Under the pieces are notes generated by a model. The model did not search any database. It was not told the DNA's origin and saw only the letters and a program-made list of their open reading frames with translations. A stretch of DNA of 64,000 bases from NCBI RefSeq assembly GCF_009914755.1, contig NC_060942.1; one strand, written 5' to 3'. Shown here one piece after another: positions 13,670-27,127 of the stretch; the stretch's first letter is position 1, and each line of letters opens with the position of its first letter. This DNA comes from the human T2T-CHM13v2.0 reference genome, Homo sapiens. The translations under genes and the position numbers were made by a program.

Positions 13670-13892
13670 TATTTTTAATGAAGCATAATTTAAATAATGT
13701 ACACAAATCTTAAGTAAACAGCTCAATGAGTATTTACATATGTGTACACTCAGGTGACCACCATTTAGATCAGGACTATTTCCATCTCACCACAAGCCCT
13801 CTCACGTCCCTCTCAGTAATACCCACTCCGTCTCAAAAAAAAAAAAAAAAAGCAACCATCATCCTGACTCAATTGCTATGAATTAACTTTGA
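13670..13892 (-). mobile_element. L1M 3' UTR fragment
   Basis: cacaaatcttaagtaaacagctcaatga...accaccatttagatcagg is typical of the L1ME/MD antisense 3' end. Confidence 0.65.
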
Positions 13893-14845
13893 AGAAATAT
13901 GCAATACACTTAAAATGGAAGAGATAATAAATATTATTTTTGATTATAAAAAATGTAAGAGATATAAACAACAAAATGTAAATATCTTAACACACATACA
14001 TGCTGTTCCTGAAAGTATGGACTGATAATTACGATTGCTGTGTGCCTGCAAAATAGATCTTCTGGGAAACGGCCACCATGAAAGAGAAATAATTCATATG
14101 AGCTAAAGGTGACCCTCCAGGGCTCTGAAGTTTTGGTTCAGAATAGCAAACTCTGTCCTTTTTGGCACATGCATAAAATTAACATTCATATCAATTTGCA
14201 GAGTTTTTCAGTTCCTCCAGAGAGACCCTGCAGGAACAGACTCCCCTTTGAGATTTCTGATAATTATCAATGCTCAATGAGCAGAACTTGCTTACTCTAA
14301 TACCTTCTTTCTAAATATAGTTGCATAGGTTTTTCACCTTCCCAACCTGGCGAAAACCTAAAGAGATAAAAGTTTGTTTTTTTTTTAATTACCCTACACG
14401 ATCCAAGAGAGCCAAAAACATCTTCTGTTTGAATACTCGATACTATGATGTTCTCCATAGAATGAGTTTCTGTACCTTCCTTTCAGATCTAAACAGCATC
14501 ACTGAAAGAGAGTCTCTTTTTGCGTGATCAGTTCAACATAACAAGGGGTTTGGCCATTTCTCTCCAGTGTCTTTAAAGGGAGACAGCCAGCACTGTCAAC
14601 ATGCTTTATTTCATACGCCTTCATATAACTGAGAAATGGGTATCAGTTTCCCCTCTGACATCACTTATGACATTTAAATAATTTATCCTTCTGACTTTTC
14701 CATCTGGAAGTGATTTTGTTTAACTTCAAACACTTTAGGCTTTCTTCATCATGTCCTCACCACTCCCTAGATTCTCCACATGTGGTGAGGCATGGACAAA
14801 AGTTCTAGTGTGAGTCTGTGTGGTGCTCAAATAGAAAAGAGAATG

Positions 14846-15106
14846 GGTCCAGGCATGGTGGCTCATGCCTGGAATCCTAGCATTTTGGGAGGCCGAGGCA
14901 GGCGGATCACTTGGGGCCAGGAGTTCAAGACCAGCCTGGGTAATATGGTGAAACCTGTCTCTACTAAATATGCAAAAATTAACCAGGCATGGTAAACCCA
15001 GGAGACAGAGATTGCAGTGAGCAAGATCATGCCACTGCATTCCAGCCTGAGTGACAGAGTGAGATTCTGTCTCAAAAAAGAAAAGAAAAAAAGAAAAAGA
15101 AAAAAG
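14846..15106 (+). mobile_element. Alu with about 55-bp deletion in right arm
   Basis: ccaggcatggt joins directly to aaacccaggag. Confidence 0.92.
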
Positions 15107-15440
<334 letters not shown>

Positions 15441-16051
15441 CTATACCTTACAAAACCCTCTCCCAACTGTGTGGTGTTTCTCACTGGCCTCCACCTCACT
15501 GTCAGATCTCTTCTCTTCTCTTCTCTTCTGTACTAAACATTTGTTTTTCTTGGTAGTGTTATTTGCAAAGTCTCAACATCCTCTCTCCAAGCCCTGTTAG
15601 ATCCCCTGAGGGGCTTCTTTCCCCTTTCCCTGTTCTCATGGTAGCTTCCTTTTCCTAAACATGTTTTGGCCAAACTTTTGCTCTTCTGTTTTTCAAACCT
15701 GGCTCCCTGACCTGTTGGATGCATTCACCCCACCTTCCTCTGATCATGCGTAGATCTTTCAATCTATATCCCTACCATAGAGGACATGGCTCTCTCTAAA
15801 AGCAAATCTCTCTCATACCCAAAAACTAGCTCCCTCTTTGCTGTCAGTGACTGCTCAATGTGCTCTAACATCCCAATTGCCCATTCAACCCACACTCAGT
15901 GGGTTATTTTCTGAACACATACAAACTATATGAAAATAATAATTTTCTTAATGTCCTTTAGATATTTAGCCTTGTCCCCAGATAATATTCTACCCACATA
16001 ACAAACCCCTGCCCATTTTAATTGGTTTTCCTAATATATTTAAAGATTTAA

Positions 16052-16270
16052 CAGTATACTGGCATAGAGGAAAGAACCTGGGCTTTGAAAGCAAACACAC
16101 TTGGGTTCAAGTCCCAGTCAAATATCAACTTCTCAGGACATCAGTCTCCTTATCTCAAATAAAAAAATAAAAACTACTTCACAAGACAGTTGGTAGGAGA
16201 AATGAGGGAACATATGTTCCTATATAAGGTACCTAGCATAGTGTTTGACAGATAGGAGGAGGTGTTTTAA
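16052..16270 (+). mobile_element. MIR
   Basis: gaaagaacctgggctttgaa...gggttcaagtcccag...cctagcatagtg. Confidence 0.75.
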
Positions 16271-16338
16271 ACTTAGTTCTGTGACCATTCCTTTCTCTGA
16301 TTTTTTTTAAAAACAAATGTTGGCATGCATGGGTATGT

Positions 16339-16340
16339 GT

Positions 16341-16371
<31 letters not shown>

Positions 16372-16378
16372 CACACAC
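16339..16378. repeat. (CA)n microsatellite
   Basis: Direct observation; similar (CA)n at 22895-22940, 39497-39522 and 58845-58877. Confidence 0.9.
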
Positions 16379-16930
16379 TTAATATAAACCCAAACTCCCT
16401 AGACTGGTACCAAATTAAGTTGTCTCTCTTCTGAGCCACAAACCCTATTTCTTATTCCTTTTCTGAATGCAAACATTAGTGATGAAATCTCTCTTCCCCT
16501 AAGCTCTGCAGCCATCCTCTCTTGCAAACTCTAGATGTATATAGCCTCTCTATTCCCACTGATAAGATGCTACCATGTGTTTTGGTCACTTCTTGACTTA
16601 ACAAATGTAACTGTTGTCCAGATGGCCTATCCTCCCTCTGTGCTTCTCAAGTCTAGTAAATATTAGAGACTGCTGCCAAGATTCTCTCTCCCTCTGGTCA
16701 TTCTGAACCTAGTTCAAATCCCTACTGTTGCTTCGTAACAACAGTTACAAAATTCATTTTTTACAGAATTCAACATATCCTACATCTGAAATGAAAGCAA
16801 AATTCTCCCTCAAATGTGTTTGGTTACTTTTATTGTTCTGCTAAATGTTTACTTTGTTCATGTGTTTCTACTCCTTCCAACTTTTTTATTTCTCATTCTT
16901 TACCCACCACTTGGATTTTTCCATTCATGC

Positions 16931-17308
16931 TGCAATCATTTGAAAGTCCTTTCCACAACTCAGGTTGAAATTTAACTGCCATTGTGACAGTGCAGGAAGG
17001 TCAGACATTTAAGGGGTGATTAGGTAAAGGATTAATGCCATTATTACGGGAATGGGTTAGTAATCTCAGGAATGGATTTTTTATATATAAAAAAGAGGAT
17101 GAATTCAGCTTGATTTCCTCTCTCTGTCTCCACGTGCTCGCTTGCCCTTCTGCCATGTTATGATGCAGCACGAAGGTCCTCACCAGATGCTGGTGCCATG
17201 CACTTTGACTTTCCAGCCTCCAGAATAATGAGCCAAATAAACTTCTATTGTTTAGAAATTACCCAGTCTCTGTTACTGTGTTGTAGCAGCAGAAAACAGA
17301 CTAGGACA
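16931..17308 (+). mobile_element. MSTC-like MaLR solo LTR
   Basis: Collinear with recalled MSTC; TG...CA ends; 5-bp TSD catgc (16926-16930, 17309-17313). Confidence 0.85.
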
Positions 17309-17373
17309 CATGCTATAAACTTTTTTTTCCTCATCCAAAACTGTTCCTAAACCCCCATCTTAAAAGCTAATGA

Positions 17374-17671
17374 GGCTGGGCGCAGTGGCTCATGCCTGTA
17401 ATCCCAGCACCTTGGGAGGCTGAGGCAGGCAGATCGCTTGAGGCCAGGAGTTTGATAGCAGCCTGGCCAACATGGTGAAACCATGTCTCTACTAAAAATA
17501 ATAATAATAATAATACAAAAAAATTAGCCTGGTGTGGTGGTGCACGTCTGTAATTCCAGCTACTCAGGAGGCTGAGGCATGAGAATCACCTGAACTGGGG
17601 AGGCAGAGGTTGCAGTGAGCTGAGATTGCACCAGTATTCTCCAGCCTGGGTGACAGAGTGAGACTCTGTCA

Positions 17672-17710
<39 letters not shown>

Positions 17711-17712
17711 AT
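17374..17712 (+). mobile_element. Alu (Sz/Jb-like) with (TAAA)n tail
   Basis: Alu dimer; TSD agctaatga. Confidence 0.95.
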
Positions 17713-17739
17713 AGCTAATGATACCTAAATTGATATATC

Positions 17740-18035
17740 TATTCAAAGGATACTGTTGGAGCCTTTAAAAGAATAAAGCAGTTATTCTAGTGTAGAGAAA
17801 TCACCCAGATATACCGTTAAAGACGACAAAAAAGTATGAAAAAGTGTGTTTAGTTTGACCCTTTTAATGCAAAAAAAAGTACATCTGTGTGTATATACGT
17901 ACACACACACAAAGAAAGAGTCATATTTGCATATGTTTCTGCAAGGATACACAAGACTTTAAGTGTTTACCTTTGAGAAGAGGGACCTTTTTCTACTATT
18001 TGAATTTTCTAGCTATGTGCCTTAATTACTTTTTA
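17740..18035 (+). mobile_element. L1ME 3' end fragment
   Basis: tctgcaaggatacacaagac...tttgaattttctagctatgtgc pattern. Confidence 0.55.
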
Positions 18036-18479
18036 TTCTAATGTCATCAAGCATTATCTGGGCAGTAGGATGATGAGCAATTATTGCTTCTTTTTTATAC
18101 TATTCAACATATTAATATCTAAGAAATCTTATATTTTAAAAATAAAAGTAATGATTTCCCCACTCCAGAGGCTTGAGCCTGGAAAGGATTGTTAGAAGAA
18201 GCCAACACAAACCCATCACAGCCCCTATGCTGAGTGCACTACTTATTTCAAAATGTCACAAGTCCTACATCATGTTCAGCACTGAGCTGGAAAAATAGAA
18301 ATGCACTAGGGACAAGTGCACTGAGAACATAAAAATGAATCAAAGACAGCACCTGTTCTCAAGGAGTTTCTGTATAAACAATGGAGTAATTTCTACAATC
18401 AAGGCGAGACAAGATGCTGGAGGAAACCTCTGTGGCACAGCAAGGACAGACTCAGAGGTAGTGACTTTCAGTTGGGCCC

Positions 18480-18630
18480 TGTTTCAGTAAGGGTGAGCCA
18501 GGCTATGCAGTAATAATAAATTGGCCCTGAAACCTCAGTGCCTAGCACTATCAAAGGTTATTTCTTGCTCCTATGAAGACTACTGCAACAGGCTGTGCAG
18601 GTCTCCATGTTTTCTGCCATATGAATCTCA
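18480..18630 (-). mobile_element. Old MLT1 (J/K-like) fragment
   Basis: aggctatgcagtaataataaa...aaacctcagtgcctagcac...aaaggttatttcttgctc. Confidence 0.55.
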
Positions 18631-19184
18631 GGACAGTCTGCCATTGGTAAAATGGTTAACAAGGTAAGTTGATCTTTGGGAGCCTTTCACACTTTCTTTC
18701 TTCTTCAGTACAATTTTTTCTTTCTCCTCACTATTGAAAAGCAGCATTCGTCACATCCCTTTTCTCCACCCAAGGAACCCAGCTCTCATACATTTGACTG
18801 ATGAAGCCCCCTCCCTTATAATTGCACTTCCTCCCCCCATCCTTCAGACTCATCCAGTGCACCTTCCTAGAGGCAAAACTTACCTGAACTGTGTCTTGTT
18901 CTCAGCTATTTGAGGAGTGTGATACAACACACAAATGTAGAAACAAATGGATAAGAAACAGAGTCCCACTGGAAAAAAGCCTGCCAACATTAGGAATCAA
19001 ATACAGAAAAAGTATTAATTAGAAGTGAATATCCACCCAGGGAGACTCATGCACCCTCTCTGAAACAGTTCCATGCTCCTCATTGTGACATTAGAGGCAA
19101 AGATCTGCAAACATGAAGGTGCTGTATTGAGCTAAAATGAAGCTGCGAGAATGCATCTTAGAAAACACTGACACCCACTGTGCT

Positions 19185-19645
19185 AATTCTCTATTGTACC
19201 CTCCATATCCCTTCTCTAACCTGCTCTAGGTATAGAAAAGTTCTTTGTAGATTATAGCACTGGTCTCCCTTGCCATCTGGCTTCAACCAATGGGACTAAC
19301 TAGCAGGTAATCAGAGGGCAGGAAAAGAGAAAGTTCATGGTATTCATTTCCTCAGGTTTTTCCCTGCCTTGCTGTGGCATGACAGTGGCTACAGTCCCCT
19401 ATTTAATGCCACACTCTGGTCAAGTGGTCTCTTTCCCATGGCTACAACTCTCGTTAGGTTTGTTCCAGGAACAACCATCTCCTTTTATCTCATCAAGCCT
19501 AGATGTGGCAGCAGCTTCCCACTGTTGCTGGGACCTCATCATCTTTTGTTGGTTTCTGCAAACTTGTTCTCACCTACGTTGAATTATCCCTTCATTACAC
19601 TCTTCAATTACCCCTTAAATGTGCCATCTGTCTCCTGCCAGTCTC
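19185..19645 (+). mobile_element. LTR33-like ERVL LTR
   Basis: cccttgccatctggcttc...ccaatggga...agcagcttcccactgttgct...tgtgccatctgtctcctgcc. Confidence 0.75.
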
Positions 19646-19841
19646 CACCAAAGCTCAGCTCTTCAGCCTTCCTCAAGACAAGGGACTATACAAGAAACCC
19701 AGAGAAGCCAGGTCAGCCCTAACAAGCAGCCTCAAAACAAATTCCTCTACTGAAACCTTTGTCCACTATGAGTGGGAATTCTTAAATGGTGTATCAACTA
19801 TGGAAAATAGTATGGTATTTCTTCAATAAATTAAACATAAA

Positions 19842-19962
19842 GCTGGGGGCAGTGGCTCATGCCTGTAATCTCAGCACTTTGGGAGGCTGAGGTGGGAAGA
19901 TTGCTTGAGGCCAGAAGTTCAAAACCAGTTTGGTCAACATAGCAACACCTCATCTCTTAAAA
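19842..19962 (+). mobile_element. FLAM/Alu left monomer
   Basis: Single monomer; TSD aaattaaacataaa (19828-19841, 19963-19976). Confidence 0.9.
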
Positions 19963-20089
19963 AAATTAAACATAAAATTACCATAATTACCAGCAATTGC
20001 ACATCTTTTCAAATAGGTATTTGTACACACATGTTCATAGCAGCATTATTTACAATAGCTAAGAGATGGAAGAAACCCTAGGATTTATT

Positions 20090-20449
20090 TATTTTTTTAT
20101 TATACTTTAAGTTCTAGGGTACATGTGCACAACGTGCAGGTTTGATACATAGGTATACATGTGCCATGTTGGTTTGCTGCACCCATCAACTCATCATTTA
20201 CATTAGGTATTTCTCCTAATGCTATCCCTCCCCCAGCCTCCCACCCCACAACAGGCCCCGGTGTGTGATGTTCTCCACCCTGTGTCCAAGTGTTCTTATT
20301 GTTCAGTTCCCACCCATGAGTGAGAACATGTGGTGTTTTGTTTTCTGTCCTTGTGATAGTTTGCTGAGAACGATGGTTTCCAGCTTCATCCATGTCCCTG
20401 CAAAGGACATGAACTCATCCTTTTTTATGGCTGCATAGTATTCCATGGT
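20090..20449 (-). mobile_element. 5'-truncated L1PA (PA5-PA7-like) 3' end
   Basis: ttattatactttaagttctagggtacatgtgcac; TSD ccctag(g/a)atttatt at 20076-20089 and 20450-20463. Confidence 0.95.
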
Positions 20450-21467
20450 CCCTAGAATTTATTGATGGATAAATGGATAAACAAAATGTGGTGTTTATAC
20501 ACTGGAATATTATTCAGCCTTTCAACATGAGTTTTGGAGTACATAATTGGAGTACATAATTTGGAGTACATAATTGACCATTTTAACCAGCATTTTTAAG
20601 TGGTATGGTTCAGTGATGTTATGGTTTGAATGTTTGTCCTGGGACATTCAAACCATAACATTCAAACAAAAAATTCAAACCACAACATCACTGAATCATA
20701 CCATTTTCAAATGATGGTTAAAATGGTAAATTTTGTGTTATGTGTATTTTATCACAATTTAAAATAATTTCTAAAAATTCCTCTGCACCATGTTATAAAT
20801 AAGCTTTCTTTAGCTAGAGCAAGTATCAAGCATGCTTAATTCAAACAATTCACTGCATCAGCCAGGACAGGAGGTGAACACATAAGCTCTCATACAAGCT
20901 TTCACCAGGACTGGAACCCAAACTGGACTACAATGTGTCATGCCAGGTAAGCCAGAAACCAACAACATGTTGAACTGCCAGAAACCCAAGAACATACCTA
21001 TTCATACACAAGGCTCTGCCCCCAGGCAACAGAAAGATCTGATTTCCATGTTCTCCTCCAGCACCCTGGCTTTGAGGTTGAGCTCCATGTTCTCAAAACA
21101 AGGCAGTCTCTTTGCTTCTTCCTCTACCTGGGTGAAATAAAAGCCAGGGACAGCTGAACCGAAATGACTGGCTTTAAATTTTTTTTTTAATGTTCTGTAG
21201 CCACCCTGGTTAATCCTTCATTTCCTGAAATATATGATCTCCCCTGTTCTTATCCTGAAGCTCATGCTGCCATCACTAGTAAAACTGGGACATTTGGAGC
21301 CTGACATATCTCATTACACAATATGCACAAAAGGTCCAGAGCAGAAGCAGTGTGAGCCCACACCTGGTCTTACTTCCTAGGGTGAAGCAGGGCTATAAAT
21401 GCTCAGCTCTAGCTATTGGGAGAAACTCCCATTAGGCAGACAGTACAAAGACAAGCATTTGTCTCAT

Positions 21468-21632
21468 GCAGTGAGTCTCAAAGTGTGGTCCCTAAGTCAC
21501 AGCATAAGCATCACTTGGGAACTTATTAGAAATGGAACTTAATAGGCCTCGCCCTAGATCTACTGAATCAGAAATTCTGGGAGTGGGTCCCAGACATCTG
21601 TGTTTTAAAAAGGCCAAGTGGTTCTGATGCCC
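21468..21632. mobile_element. MER5A
   Basis: ctcaaagtgtggtcc...agcatcacttgggaacttattagaaat...ctactgaatcagaaattctgggagtgg. Confidence 0.88.
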
Positions 21633-22889
21633 CCTTACTGTGGGTCTCAAACGTAAGTGCCAGTAGGAAGTGCAAATTCCCATGCCCAATACCAGAAGGA
21701 CTGATTTAGTAAGTTAGAGGCATAGTTGAGGAACAGTGTTGGAGACCAGCAAGTTGTATAGAACAAGTCCAGCAAGAGAAGGTAGCTAGTAGACAGGCAA
21801 GCTTAGCAGTGAGGAATCAAGAGACAGACCTTATTCTGTAGACGTTAGGAAGGCTTGTAAGTAGTAACAGGGCTCTAGTCCCCAGCATGGGGAAAAATCC
21901 CAGAAATCCCACCACAAAGAGGTGGGATGGAGTCAGGGGGACGGGTGGAATGTTGAAGAGGAAAAATAGAAAAGATAAGGAAGACCTAGATAAGTCAAAG
22001 GGACTTAGAAAGGTTGTCAGGTCAGGCATACAGCCATGGAGGACAAGATAGAGATCCAGCCACCAAAACTGGAAACACAGTTCCCAAAATGTAGTCTGAA
22101 GACATATTAATTAACCCCAGAGCAGAAGAGTGAGCCAAGCCACCACAATGACAAATTCAAACTCCTCCTGAGTGAGCATGCTGGCCCTTGCCATGGGGAG
22201 GGGGTTGCCTGGCTCTACAGGTGGGATTCACCTGGAAAGAGAAGTGTGGAGACGGGGAGCGAGCACATCCTGAAAGAGACGGATGCCCGGGGAACTGATA
22301 AGTAACCAAGCTCCAACTTAGCGCTGGGAGTCTCACGAGGAATGTGTAGCAGTTTCTTTGCAGCCTTAACTAAAACACAAGTCGCTTATGTTCCTTTAAA
22401 ACATTTTCACCAGGCAAAAAACCAAGGTAGTTAATCACACCCTTAATAAACAAGGTAAGTTATCATGCCTACACAGATACCCCTACTCACACCCAAACTG
22501 AGATTTTATATAGCATTAGCAAACATAAAATCTTCCAAGAGAAGTGGAGATTAGGCATGATGAGCGTTTTCATTCTCTCATTTTCCCCTCAGGTCTGCCT
22601 CCTTCTCTATATTCCAAGTCACAGTGGGGAATGCCAAGGCAAAAACAGTCTTGCTTCTCAAGTAAGCTCTTTCATGCAGATCGATTCTCCTTCCTCTCCC
22701 AGTGGTTGTTCTCAACTCCCACATCCTTCCAGATACCCTGAGTCCTAAAATAACCCTTGTTACATCATCACAAGTCAGTTATGTATATAATACAAGAAGG
22801 TTTTTAGTATAATTTGATGAACTCTATTTTCATGGTTTCTTTTTAGAACTATTAAGTAATAGTAATGTAGCAATACCTTATGTATTATA

Positions 22890-22922
<33 letters not shown>

Positions 22923-23974
22923 CCACACACATATACACACAGAGGCCCCCTGCTGACCCTCACTGTACAGGAGGGGACTCCTAAAGTTGTGATGTCTTAA
23001 CCTAAAGAGTCGGAGCTCCAACGGGAGGAGTTGGAAATACTTTCCCAGCCTAATTAGGTGTAGAACAGAGACACAGAGAGCCTTAGACGCCTTCAAATTT
23101 AGTTAAAAAGGAAGTCATTTTCTTTTTCAACTCTAAACTCCTGAATTTCAGAGCAGCTCTGTGAAAGCCTCCAGGCCCTATGCCTGTCAGGAAGGCTATT
23201 TGGGGTATTTATCCTTTGCCACACAAAATGATTGTCTCTGAGCCATCTTAGAGAGAAGAGAGGGAGTTGAAAAGTGTTTTCATCAAACAAACACCTCTTC
23301 ATCTCAAAGAAAAACAGAAAATGCTAGCCTATGACATAGAAGTTGCATCACCGTAATAGATAGATCATGTTTCTGTGCTTCCAGAATTGTGGGGTTAATT
23401 TTGGTGAAAAATCCACTCCAAAAAGCATACCAAACACAGCATCACCAAGAAAGGGTTCCCTCCTAGGCAGCTAAACTCCTGGAACGCTCAAGACGTCTAG
23501 ACTGAAGAGGCAACCAATAAGAGACCTCCCGTCCCTGCCATGCCCCAGGTTGTCTGCCTGGAGAAGCGGTGAGGGAGTGATAGCCATCAAGCCCAAATTG
23601 TTGTGCAACGTCCATGACAGCATGATCTTCACGCAGCATCTGTTCCTTCCTGTCAGTGAGTGCGGATGATGAACTACCAAGGACACTAACATCTAATTGC
23701 TACTTTTAAATATCTGGGATTGGCTTTGAGGACTTCTCCATTAAAAGTGGGAAAGGACTAACACCAAACCAAGCCCTGGGTAGATTGTGAAACAAGGGCA
23801 GATGTCTTGGCCTTTGACTGTCCTCTTATTGCCATCTCTTCTCCATCTTTTTCCTTGCCTCTACCCATCTATATACCACCTTCACCTCCCTTATCCAGGG
23901 ACCTAGGGACCTTAGCATTACTCCATCCTCAAGCACTTCAAACATACACAGCACAAGTAATGGTTAAAATGGCA

Positions 23975-24205
23975 GAGAGTGGCGGTTAAGAGCAGTGACT
24001 GTGGAGCCAGAATGCCTGGGTTTAAATCCTGCTCCTCTGCCCACTGGTGCTTTGATGTTGGCAAAATCCTCTGTGCCCCCGTTGTCCCGTATTAAGCTAC
24101 GGACAATCATAGTAATAGTATCCACTAGGGTTGTTGCAAGGATTTTAAAAGCTGACATTTTTAAACATGTGTAGTAAGCACTCTGTAAGTTCTTGCTAAA
24201 TATAT
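23975..24205 (+). mobile_element. MIR
   Basis: gtggcggttaagagc...gagccagaatgcctgggtttaaatcctg...agggttgttgcaaggatt. Confidence 0.8.
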
Positions 24206-24779
24206 AGCAACATGTGTTATCAATCAAGAAGCACTAAGCTGGCACCTATCAGGTGCCTTATGGGGGAACAGGTGCTATGGAAGACATACCTGAGTGAGAT
24301 TCTAATGCAGCCTAAGCGCGTGCCAGTCATGGAGCATTAAAATGGACACTCATTTCCTATAAAGATGGCAAGTTTCCTTCATCACCATCAGTGTCTTGGT
24401 CATGGATACTCATGCAAATTCTGTTTCTCTGCTTTGGTCCTGAGTCTTCACTGTTATTTCTCTTCCAGAACAGACCTCAGGTTCACTCTTCCCCCAAAGC
24501 CAATGAAGAAGACATTTCATCATCTAGGACAGGTATGGTCTAGAGTTTGCAGGGTCAAGAAAGGGCAGAGTGTGACAAAGCATGCACACTCACAGCCATT
24601 CTCTTTCCAAACCCACCCTCTTCTCACCACCTCACCTCCAGTCACCTCTCCTGGCTTTTCATAACACCTCCTTTTTGCAAAGGGGCATTTCACCGAAAAC
24701 TAAGCTTGAAGACAGAACTAACGTCAGCATGTCAACGCTCTGTGTGGAAGCTAGTTCCTCTATGTGCAAACCACAAACA

Positions 24780-26720
24780 GCAGATGGGTCTGAACACTTG
24801 CCATGTGTCTAGGCCAGACTAGGCCTTGCGGACATGGTGGTCACCAACCATTCTTCAGTGAGCTCTAGAAGACAAAAGGCCAGCTAAACCATGTGGAATC
24901 GCCTTGACAGGCTTGGGGACTTCAGAAGACAGAGGAATAAATAATAGTAGGGATAATCAGCACAATCCCTGTGTGAGAAATGGGCTTTAAAGCTTGCCTA
25001 GGATGGAGAAAACAGAGACCACCCTAAGAGTTAGGGACAGAATCTGGGTCACATTATGGATCATAGCATGTTTGTGGAAGAATAAGACCAGCCTACCCAT
25101 GGTGGAGAATGAAAGTTAGGAAGGAGTGGGAAGACAAGATGGATCGAGAAGGTTGGCTTCAGTTTACAAAGGGCCTTTGAAAGTTCACGTTGGGAATCTA
25201 GATTTGATTTAGTACAAAATGAACAAGATATTTTTTTTTTCTACTAGCTCTCTTAGAAGCTAGATAAACATATTCCCTACCTGGGCCACTGGGAAAAGCT
25301 ATTTCTCTAGTAGCTCCCATCCTCTCTTTTCTGCTCTCCCTACATTCATCCTACCAGGCCCATTGCCTCACCTGAACTGTTGTAAAAAGCTCTTAACTGG
25401 CTTCTCACCTGCACCCGCTGCTTGTTCCAATCCATCCCACATTAGGGTTGTCAGGTTCATCTCCCTGAATCCCAGCTCTCATCAAAAGCCTTCTGTAGCT
25501 TTGCACTGCCAATTAAATTGCACTCAACCCCTCATTCTTAAATTCAAGGCCATTCTGGCTCCAGTCTCAATTTGCTTTTCCCATCTTTTATCCTATTTCT
25601 TCATATGTAGTCAGGATAGATCAGACAGGGGCATTTTCCCATCTCAATCTACTTGACTACATGTGGTCCTCGCCCTGAAATCGTCTTCCTGGATGCAAAA
25701 CTGAGCAGGACATAAAGCAACCTGAGATCATGGAGACAGGTACAGTCTAAGCAGAGAGTGGGGTGAAAGGGAGCCTCAGGCAGTAGCAAGGGGCTCTACT
25801 ACCAGGTGTGTTTGTGTCCAGAAGGAGGCACTGGCAGCCTAGTAGTTTTGAATATGAACTTTGCAATCAAGTAAACTGGATTCATGCCCTAGATCCAGCA
25901 TGCCATTGCTGTGAGACCTTACATAAATTACTCTAGCGTTCTAGGCTATAGTTCCCCCATCTAAAAAGTTAGGCTCATAATAGCATCTTCCTTGGAGGGT
26001 TGTTCTGAGGATTAAACGAGATAATATGCATAAGCACTTAGCATAGTGCTAGGCAAATAGCAATAGCTAAATAAGTGCTAGCATTGTTTGAAGCAGACTC
26101 ACTGCAAAGTGATTGCAAACAGGCAGGTACATCTCTAGTTCCAAATATCTTCATATTTATCATTCCTCCTTTCTTCCCTCTTCCCAAAGTGAAGCCCCTC
26201 TGAGTTCTTTTAGGATCTTCTCTTCTTGCATCTTCAGTCTTCAGCTGTCCATTAGTATGCTCTTTTATTCCCCCGCAAACATCTTACCTCCTTGACCCTA
26301 TCTAACCCCACACTTTCAAGGACTTTCCATACATGTTTTGTAGCACCTGAAATGTGCAGACTGAGTGAGGGAATGAGGTTTAGAGCTGCAGTTCGAAGGC
26401 GAAGGCAGGACGGAAGGTGTGGATGTGGAAGATGTTACCAGAAAACTGACATCATTAAAATAGATGAAGTTTCTGAAGAGAGAAAACACAGAAAGAGGAG
26501 TAGAAACTTGAGAAATGTGCACCAGGAACCAAGATGCCTGCGAGGAAAGACAGGTTTCTCCCACCTTTGGTCTTCTTGGTTCCTCTTAGCGCCCTCCACT
26601 CCCTTACATGTATTTGGCTGCTACCAAGGTACTGTTCTTGGCGCTCCTGTCCTCTCTCACTGTGCTCCTCTGGTCATCTCTCCTTCTGATATTTACCCAA
26701 ATGTACAGCTTCATCCTGAA
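24780..26720. mobile_element. Cluster of L2 fragments, both orientations
   Basis: Degenerate L2 motifs such as cattgcctcacctgaactgttgtaaaaagctcttaactgg and ctcattcttaaattcaaggcc; boundaries approximate. Confidence 0.5.
25830..26085 (+). mobile_element. MIRb
   Basis: gctgtgagacctt...agggttgttctgaggattaaacgagataatatgcataagcacttagcatagtgc. Confidence 0.85.
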
Positions 26721-27127
26721 GTACCTGGCCTAGAAGTCTAACAGATACGTGGAACACACCCTCCAATATTGTGCCTTGAAATGCAGTGAAAGAAAAAAGA
26801 GAGGCAGTGAGTAGTGTCCAACTTAAAATGGTCTTTTAAAGCAACCTACAGAGCAAATCTAATTTTCTGTGAAGTTGCTCTATCTTCAAATGTCATGAAG
26901 ATCCAACAGAACTCCAAATACAGTCTTTGGGTAGTGGATTGGATTAGACATTGTGTATTTCTTCTATTTGTAAAATGAGCTCCATGCAACCCCAAAAGAG
27001 GAAGAGAGTCAGCAATAACCTATTGTGGCTGGATTGCATGGGCAAAAGAGCAAAGCCAAATATGGCAATCTCACCAATGTGCCCAGCCCTCAGATCTCTT
27101 ATAGCCCAATACTTTGTGATATCTACT

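Larger units (their letters stand above)
19780..20770 (+). mobile_element. L1MA/MB 3' region hosting nested insertions and a rearrangement
   Basis: catgttcatagcagcattatttacaatagc; gataaatggataaacaaaatgtgg; ggttaaaatggtaaattttgtgttatgtgtattttatcacaat. Confidence 0.8.

Noticed and set aside
20536-20575. Short direct repeats as a CRISPR-like array
   Set aside because: 13-14-bp tandem copies without spacers in primate DNA; part of the rearrangement scar.
26292-26741. 149-aa ORF
   Set aside because: Lies across degenerate L2 fragments and has a non-ATG start.
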